DNA of 64,000 bases, from positions 12 to 64,011 of the forward strand of contig JBMNOA010000003.1 in assembly GCA_050942825.1 (NCBI GenBank), in the 5' to 3' direction. Position 1 is the stretch's first letter, and each line of letters begins with the position of its first letter. A program made the position numbers and the translations under genes. The stretch is from Bacillota bacterium (GTDB taxonomy: Bacteria > Bacillota > Dehalobacteriia > UBA4068). This document shows, one piece after another, positions 58,892-64,000 of this stretch. Under the pieces are notes generated by a model. That model made no database searches. It had not been told where the DNA came from and worked only from the letters and a program-made list of their open reading frames with translations.

Positions 58892-59557
58892 ATGATAGTT
58901 TATCCCTCAGATGCCGAAGCCTGCAGTAATATTATCGCTATCGGCCAAAGAATGTATCAGTTGGGTATGGTGGCAGCTAATGATGGTAATATAAGCTGTC
59001 GTGTAGCTCCTCAGATAATTTGGGCCACACCCACCGGCGTATCAAAGGGGTTTATGACCGCTGATATGCTGATTAAGCTCGATTTGCAGGGAAATATTAT
59101 TAAGGGATCATACAAACCATCCTCTGAACTGAAAATGCATCTGAAAATCTATGAACAATCTGCGGACATCGGTGCGGTTACCCATGCTCATCCGGCTTGT
59201 GCTACGGCTTTTGCTGTGGCCCAGATCCCTTTTGAGCAGCCTGTAATGCCGGAAGCTGTGGTCAATTTGGGTACGGTACCGGTAGCACCCTATGCTACGC
59301 CCGGCAGCATAGAACTGGCAGAAGGCGCTGCAGCTTATGCCAAAGATCACCGCGCTGTACTTTTGGCCAATCATGGTGCACTAAGTTGGGGAAAGGATTT
59401 GAATCAGGCTTTTTTCCGCCTGGAAACGCTGGAGCATTATGCCAAAATTTTGCTTTATAGTCGCTATACTATTGGCAAAGCTCAACTGTTACCAGATGAT
59501 GAAATAAAAGTTCTGGAAGAGATCCGCTGCTGTTTGGAGGCAAAAAAAGATTATTAA
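58892..59557 (+). CDS. class II aldolase/adducin family protein (MtnB-like dehydratase or MTRu-1-P / 5-deoxyribulose-1-P aldolase)
   Basis: 221-aa class II aldolase fold with metal ligands (H..H.H region VTHAHPACATAF). Immediately follows the isomerase gene. Confidence 0.75.
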   Translation: MIVYPSDAEACSNIIAIGQRMYQLGMVAANDGNISCRVAPQIIWATPTGVSKGFMTADMLIKLDLQGNIIKGSYKPSSELKMHLKIYEQSADIGAVTHAHPACATAFAVAQIPFEQPVMPEAVVNLGTVPVAPYATPGSIELAEGAAAYAKDHRAVLLANHGALSWGKDLNQAFFRLETLEHYAKILLYSRYTIGKAQLLPDDEIKVLEEIRCCLEAKKDY

Positions 59558-59716
59558 ATGACATTCATTTATTCTCAGCCTTAGATTTAAAGAATTTACA
59601 ACAAAATTTCTTATATTAAGATTAAAAATGCAACAAAAATTTCTTTACCTTCGTCCATAAGGCAGCCAGAATAATTAAAATTATTCTAAAAAATCCCGCT
59701 AAGGGAGGTGTAAAAA

Positions 59717-61825
59717 ATGAAAAAATTTCCACGTTGGCTGAAGATACTCCTGGTGGTTTTGATAATTTTAGCTATTTTATCCATAGTTGGTATAGCTTTA
59801 GCCAGCACTCAGTTAATAAGCTCCTTGAAATGGGAAGAGGGTTCTCTGCAAGGACAACAAACGACCTTTTTGTATGATAAAAATAATAATATTTATCAAA
59901 CGCTGCATGGAGAAGAAGACCGCATCTCTGTTGATTTGACAGAAATCTCTCCTTATTTGCAAGATTGCTTTGTAGCATCCGAGGACGCGCGTTTTTATAA
60001 ACATGGAGGCATCGATATTATCCGCATTTTTGGGGCTATTGTAGCTAATTTCAAATCTGGCGAATTTTCGCAGGGAGCCAGTACTATTACTATGCAATTA
60101 GCTCGTAATGCTATATTGGATGATCAATCAAAAAACTTTGGCAGAAAAATTAAAGAATCCTTTATCGCCCTAGAACTGGAACGCCAATATAACAAAGACG
60201 AGATTTTGGAAATGTATCTCAATGAAATTCATCTGGGGCATGGCTGTTATGGAGTGGAATCCGCTAGCTTGAAATATTTCGATAAGCATGCCAGCGAATT
60301 GACTCTCAGCGAGGCTGCCACCATCGTTGGCTTGGCCCCCAATCCGGCAACATATTCACCAATAAAATATCCAGAAAGAGCTGTGCAAAACAGAGATAAT
60401 GTTTTGAACGACTTGCTAAAATATAAGCCTTCCTATGCGCAAGAAATCACCGCTGCCAAACAAGAAGAATTAATTGTAAAGACAACATTAGAAAAATCCC
60501 AGCTCTACCTATATCCTTGGTTTACAGATTATGTAATCAGCGAGGCAGAAAAAATATTGCAAGAAAATGATCTACCGCAAAGCATGGTTTATAGTGGAGG
60601 TTTGCGGATATACACAACCATGGACCCTGTCACACAGAGTAAGATGGAAGAAATCTATAATAATAAAAATAATTTCCCATCTAGCCGATCAGAAAATATC
60701 GTGCAAAGTGCGGCGGTAGTTATTGACCATAGTAACGGCCAGATTAGAGGTCTCATGGGCGGTAGGGATTATACCGTCAAAAGAGGATTGAGTCGTGCCA
60801 CTGATATTGCTCGCCAACCGGGTTCTGCCTTTAAACCCATTGCTGTATATGGTCCGGCGCTGGAAGCGGGCTATTCTCCTGATAGTATGGTAGATGATAC
60901 ACTGACAACTTTTGGCCGTAAATACACACCTAAGAATTATGATGGCAAATATCGCGGACTTGTTACCATGCGTACGGCGATCCAATATTCATTAAACGTT
61001 CCTGCTGTAAAATTTCTGCAAAAATTAGGTGTAGAATACTGCATACCTTATATCGAAAAGGCCGGAATTGATATGTCGCAAAATCTTGATGCCGGTCTTT
61101 CCATGGCTTTAGGCGGTCTGACAACAGGTGTATCTCCCCTGGAATTAGCTGCAGCTTATGCAACATTTGCTAATCAAGGCGTATATATAGAACCTATAGT
61201 AATAACAAAAATAGAAGATTTTAATGGAAAGCTGCTTTATCAAGCAAAGCAGAATACAAGGCGTGTTTATACTGAGCAAAACGCCTGGCTGATGACTAGT
61301 ATGCTGATGACTGTTACTAATGCGGGTACAGGTACAAATGCCCGCATGAATAGACCAGTTGCCTCTAAAACAGGGACTACCCAGTTACCAGATACGTCGG
61401 CATTCAAAAACATACGTATCGGTAATAAGGATGCTTGGTTTGCTGCTTATACACCAGAGTTAGTAGGTGTTGTTTGGATGGGTTATGACAAAGATCTCTC
61501 CCCAAGTGGCAAGCCACAATATTTACGTCAAATTTATGGGGGCAAATACCCGGCCCGAATATGGAAAGCAATAATATCAGCTGCCCTAGAAGATGAAGCG
61601 GTCAAGCAATTCCCGAAACCGGATTCGACTTATAGGAGAGTCAAGCATCTGGATACTAAATCCAAACAAGAGAAAGAGGAAAAGCCTGACCAAGGAATAA
61701 TCATCTTGGACCCAGATGATTTACCGGAAGGCGAACATCCGGTTGATTTAAATCCATCTCAGCCGCTGGGGGATCAGCCGACCGAACCAACAGAACAGGA
61801 ACATTATATAGAAAGTCTATTTTAA
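59717..61825 (+). CDS. class A penicillin-binding protein (PBP1A-type transglycosylase/transpeptidase)
   Basis: N-terminal TM. GT51 motifs (EDARFYKHGGID, GASTITMQLARN) and transpeptidase SxxK/SxN/KTG motifs (KTGTTQ). 702 aa. Confidence 0.92.
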   Translation: MKKFPRWLKILLVVLIILAILSIVGIALASTQLISSLKWEEGSLQGQQTTFLYDKNNNIYQTLHGEEDRISVDLTEISPYLQDCFVASEDARFYKHGGIDIIRIFGAIVANFKSGEFSQGASTITMQLARNAILDDQSKNFGRKIKESFIALELERQYNKDEILEMYLNEIHLGHGCYGVESASLKYFDKHASELTLSEAATIVGLAPNPATYSPIKYPERAVQNRDNVLNDLLKYKPSYAQEITAAKQEELIVKTTLEKSQLYLYPWFTDYVISEAEKILQENDLPQSMVYSGGLRIYTTMDPVTQSKMEEIYNNKNNFPSSRSENIVQSAAVVIDHSNGQIRGLMGGRDYTVKRGLSRATDIARQPGSAFKPIAVYGPALEAGYSPDSMVDDTLTTFGRKYTPKNYDGKYRGLVTMRTAIQYSLNVPAVKFLQKLGVEYCIPYIEKAGIDMSQNLDAGLSMALGGLTTGVSPLELAAAYATFANQGVYIEPIVITKIEDFNGKLLYQAKQNTRRVYTEQNAWLMTSMLMTVTNAGTGTNARMNRPVASKTGTTQLPDTSAFKNIRIGNKDAWFAAYTPELVGVVWMGYDKDLSPSGKPQYLRQIYGGKYPARIWKAIISAALEDEAVKQFPKPDSTYRRVKHLDTKSKQEKEEKPDQGIIILDPDDLPEGEHPVDLNPSQPLGDQPTEPTEQEHYIESLF

Positions 61826-61883
61826 TTAATTTTTTCTTTAGCCTGTAGCCGATAAGGATATCAAATAAAATATTTAGCCTGAA

Positions 61884-61921
61884 GCAGCGAAAAGTCTTTA
61901 GACTCTTTTCGCTGCTTTTTA
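61884..61921 (+). terminator. rho-independent terminator after the PBP gene
   Basis: gcagcgaaaag-tctttagactc-ttttcgctgc followed by a T5 run. Confidence 0.8.
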
Positions 61922-62161
61922 TATCGTTTTAGCGGCTATACCTGCAACACAAAAAATCTTAAGCTATACCTTAGATTGTAAAAGAGGGCAGCTAAATTTG
62001 TATTTGAAGGAAAATTATAAAAAATATTAGATAAGTCGTCTAAGCTGACCGATTATAATCTTTGTCTAAAAGAGAATAGTATAACAAAGTAAAATTTGTG
62101 GCATTTTTTTTCGCCTGCCCCATATATATATACAAATGTCGTCTCGTAGGGGGCTATATGG

Positions 62162-62416
62162 ATGCAGGATTATATTCAAAAAAGAGTATTAGAAATCAGT
62201 AATTACATTATTGAAAGTGCAGCGACCGTGCGTCAGACAGCCACTGTTTTTGGCGTAAGTAAAAGTACTGTGCATAAGGATGTTACAGAAAGACTGCCTT
62301 TAATAAACGAAATGATTGCAGCTAGAGTAAGAGATATATTAGACAATAATAAGGCAGAAAGGCATTTGCGTGGTGGAGAAGCAACCAAGCGCAAGTATTT
62401 AGAAAAGAAATCTTGA
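62162..62416 (+). CDS. spoIIID: sporulation transcriptional regulator SpoIIID
   Basis: MQDYIQKRVLEISNYIIESAATVRQTATVFGVSKSTVHKDVTERL, the near-canonical SpoIIID HTH. 84 aa. Confidence 0.92.
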   Translation: MQDYIQKRVLEISNYIIESAATVRQTATVFGVSKSTVHKDVTERLPLINEMIAARVRDILDNNKAERHLRGGEATKRKYLEKKS

Positions 62417-62440
62417 TATAGGTCTATATTACCCGGTCAA

Positions 62441-62487
62441 AAAGAGTTGTTCGCACCCATATTTATGGCAGGAACAACTCTTTTTAT
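62441..62487 (+). terminator. rho-independent terminator after spoIIID
   Basis: aaagagttgttc-(loop)-gaacaactcttt followed by a T-run. Confidence 0.75.
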
Positions 62488-62609
62488 ATTACATAATTTG
62501 AAAAGAGCCATAGAGAAGTAGTCTGAAAATTTGCAGTTGTTAAATAAGTATAGTCATGATAGAATTAATATAAGGAAGTATCAATAAATAAATTGAAGGG
62601 AGATATATT

Positions 62610-62873
62610 ATGAATAACCAAACTAATGGCAAGGCTATAGCTTCCCTGGTCTTAAGTATCATTGCTTTTATTTTAGTTTTTTCCGGACCTTTCGCTATTA
62701 TTGGTATAATATTAAGTATTGTTGGTTTGGTTACAGGTATTAAAGCTAATAAAGTAGAGAAAAGCGGTATGGCTACTGCCGGTATCATAATTTCTATTAT
62801 ATCATTAGTACTTTGTGCTATAATGTTCGTTGCTTTTATAGGTTGTGTAGCTTTAATAGGTAGTGCCCTTTAA
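62610..62873 (+). CDS. DUF4190 domain small membrane protein
   Basis: 87 aa with two TM helices (KAIASLVLSIIAFILVF... typical of DUF4190). RBS GAAGGGAG. Confidence 0.55.
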   Translation: MNNQTNGKAIASLVLSIIAFILVFSGPFAIIGIILSIVGLVTGIKANKVEKSGMATAGIIISIISLVLCAIMFVAFIGCVALIGSAL

Positions 62874-62923
62874 GCAATATTTTCACACATGCTATTAAAT
62901 ATAAGCAAACGGGAGCTTGCCGT

Positions 62924-63778
62924 TTGCTTATATTTTTCGGGGGTGTATTTTTGTATCCTTTTTTGCATATCGGTGATATTACTTTGCCTATGTACGGTAT
63001 AATGATCACTATAGGTATCTTTGCCGGATTATTGGTTGCTATATTGCGAGCCAAGATAAACGGCATTGCCAAAGAAGATATTTTATATGCTTTTTTGTAT
63101 GGCTTGATAGGTGTTTTTGCAGGAGCCAAGCTATTATATATATTACCTCGTTTGTCTTGGATGGTCCAAAACAAATACCATTTCTTAGAGGATCTTTACT
63201 CTCTTTTGGTAGGCGGTTTTGTTTTTTATGGCGGATTGATCGGTGGCCTGTTGTTGCTGATTATTTATATTCGTTCATATAAAATTCCTATGTGGCCTCT
63301 TTTTGATAGCATCATACCTTCCATTCCCTTGATCCATGCTATGGGCAGGGTAGGTTGTTTTTTTGCCGGTTGTTGTTATGGTATTCCTGCCGCTCCGCCC
63401 TGGGGTGTTTTATTCAATAATTCTCTTATTGCCCCCCATGGCATATATCTTTTGCCTGTTCAATTAATAGAAGCCGCTATAAATGTGGTGATTTTTATCT
63501 TTATTGTTTTTTATAGCCGCCAAAAGAGAAAAGAGGGAAATATCCTAGGGATTTATTTATTATGTTATGCAATACAAAGATTTTTCCTGGAATTCTTGCG
63601 TTTTGACTTTATGGAAAGAGGAATGTTAGGAATCCTTTCTACCTCTCAATGGATCAGCTTGATTATGATACCAATAGGGGTATTATTGATAATATTACCA
63701 TCTAAATACCTGCAATTGCCTGCTTTTATACTAAAAAATACAAAGAATAAAGACAAAGGCAACTTTATAAACCGTTGA
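62924..63778 (+). CDS. prolipoprotein diacylglyceryl transferase (Lgt) family protein, divergent paralog with substituted signature residues
   Basis: Lgt-like topology and blocks (LPMYGIM, FYGGLIGG, GRVGCFFAGCCYG, RFFLEFLRFD). Tyr and Cys occupy positions that are His/Asn/Glu in the canonical Lgt signature. Confidence 0.7.
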   Translation: MLIFFGGVFLYPFLHIGDITLPMYGIMITIGIFAGLLVAILRAKINGIAKEDILYAFLYGLIGVFAGAKLLYILPRLSWMVQNKYHFLEDLYSLLVGGFVFYGGLIGGLLLLIIYIRSYKIPMWPLFDSIIPSIPLIHAMGRVGCFFAGCCYGIPAAPPWGVLFNNSLIAPHGIYLLPVQLIEAAINVVIFIFIVFYSRQKRKEGNILGIYLLCYAIQRFFLEFLRFDFMERGMLGILSTSQWISLIMIPIGVLLIILPSKYLQLPAFILKNTKNKDKGNFINR

Positions 63779-64000
63779 CAATATTTTGTGGTCTTTTACC
63801 TTCTGAGACCAAGTTCATATTATTCCAGCTATTTTGATACATTTTATAAAATACGTTATTAGTCGTGCCAGCTATATGCGGAGTAAAAATTATTTTTGCT
63901 TTAGCAGCTTCGGTCAGATTCAATAAGGGATTATTTAAAGTAGCAGGCTCCGGAAAAAGGGTATCAATCGCTGCTCCTGCTATTTGTCCTTGATTGAGAG
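63765..64000 (-). CDS. D-isomer-specific 2-hydroxyacid dehydrogenase family protein, C-terminal portion (5' end outside the window)
   Basis: The minus-strand frame is open to the window edge and ends ...AGAAIDTLFPEP...NPLLNLTEAAKAKIIFTPHIAGTTNNVFYKM...*. Overlaps the Lgt-like 3' end by 14 nt. Confidence 0.6.
   Translation of the reverse strand, partial: LNQGQIAGAAIDTLFPEPATLNNPLLNLTEAAKAKIIFTPHIAGTTNNVFYKMYQNSWNNMNLVSEGKRPQNIVNGL

Noticed and set aside
1-64000. Scanned for mobile elements, CRISPR arrays, restriction-modification or other defence genes, and rRNA/tRNA genes
   Set aside because: No transposase/integrase-like ORFs, no regularly spaced short direct repeats, no methyltransferase/nuclease pairs and no tRNA-like cloverleaf candidates were found. 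The window appears to be core chromosome.

Overview
This window is chromosomal DNA from a low-GC, endospore-forming, flagellated Firmicute (Clostridia-like). It carries spoIID, a SpoIIQ-like M23 peptidase, spoIIID and ywmB-murA. The standard genetic code applies: TGA and TAA are both used as stops.

Layout:
- 1-9.2 kb: the 3' end of recF, a DUF370 gene, murI, murA, spoIID and a small DUF1638-luxS-DUF3343 island.
- 11.5-49.1 kb: an almost uninterrupted flagellar/chemotaxis regulon. A roughly 25 kb minus-strand run covers flgB-flgC-fliE-fliF-fliG-fliH-fliI-fliJ-fliK-flgD-flgE-flbD-fliM-fliY-fliO-fliP-fliQ-fliR-flhB-flhA-fliA-(two FlgG-like rod genes)-flgM-flgN-flgK-flgL-DUF6470-fliW-csrA. Flagellin follows with its own sigma-28 promoter. 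An HD-GYP gene and cheY-cheA-cheR-cheB...cheW lie downstream on the minus strand. fliD-fliS-(FliT-like)-motA-motB are divergent on the plus strand, with sigma-28-like promoters.
- 49.3-64 kb: an NMT1-type ABC transporter, tungstate uptake tupABC with two MoeA paralogs (one fused to a binding-protein-like domain), an MtnA-type isomerase plus class II aldolase pair, a class A PBP, spoIIID, a DUF4190 membrane protein, a divergent Lgt-family paralog, and the 3' end of a convergent 2-hydroxyacid dehydrogenase.

I found no mobile elements, CRISPR arrays, rRNA or tRNA genes, and I could not support a clear novel multi-gene system such as a defence island.

The most noteworthy sequence-level observations are:
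- an in-frame TGA three codons into flhB, ahead of the conserved FlhB N-terminus;
- a near-perfect 60-bp tandem repeat inside fliK;
- an Lgt-family protein with Tyr/Cys replacing residues that are His/Asn/Glu in typical Lgt;
- an isomerase-aldolase pair that could be a DHAP-shunt / 5-deoxyribose salvage module;
- a tungsten-cofactor gene set.
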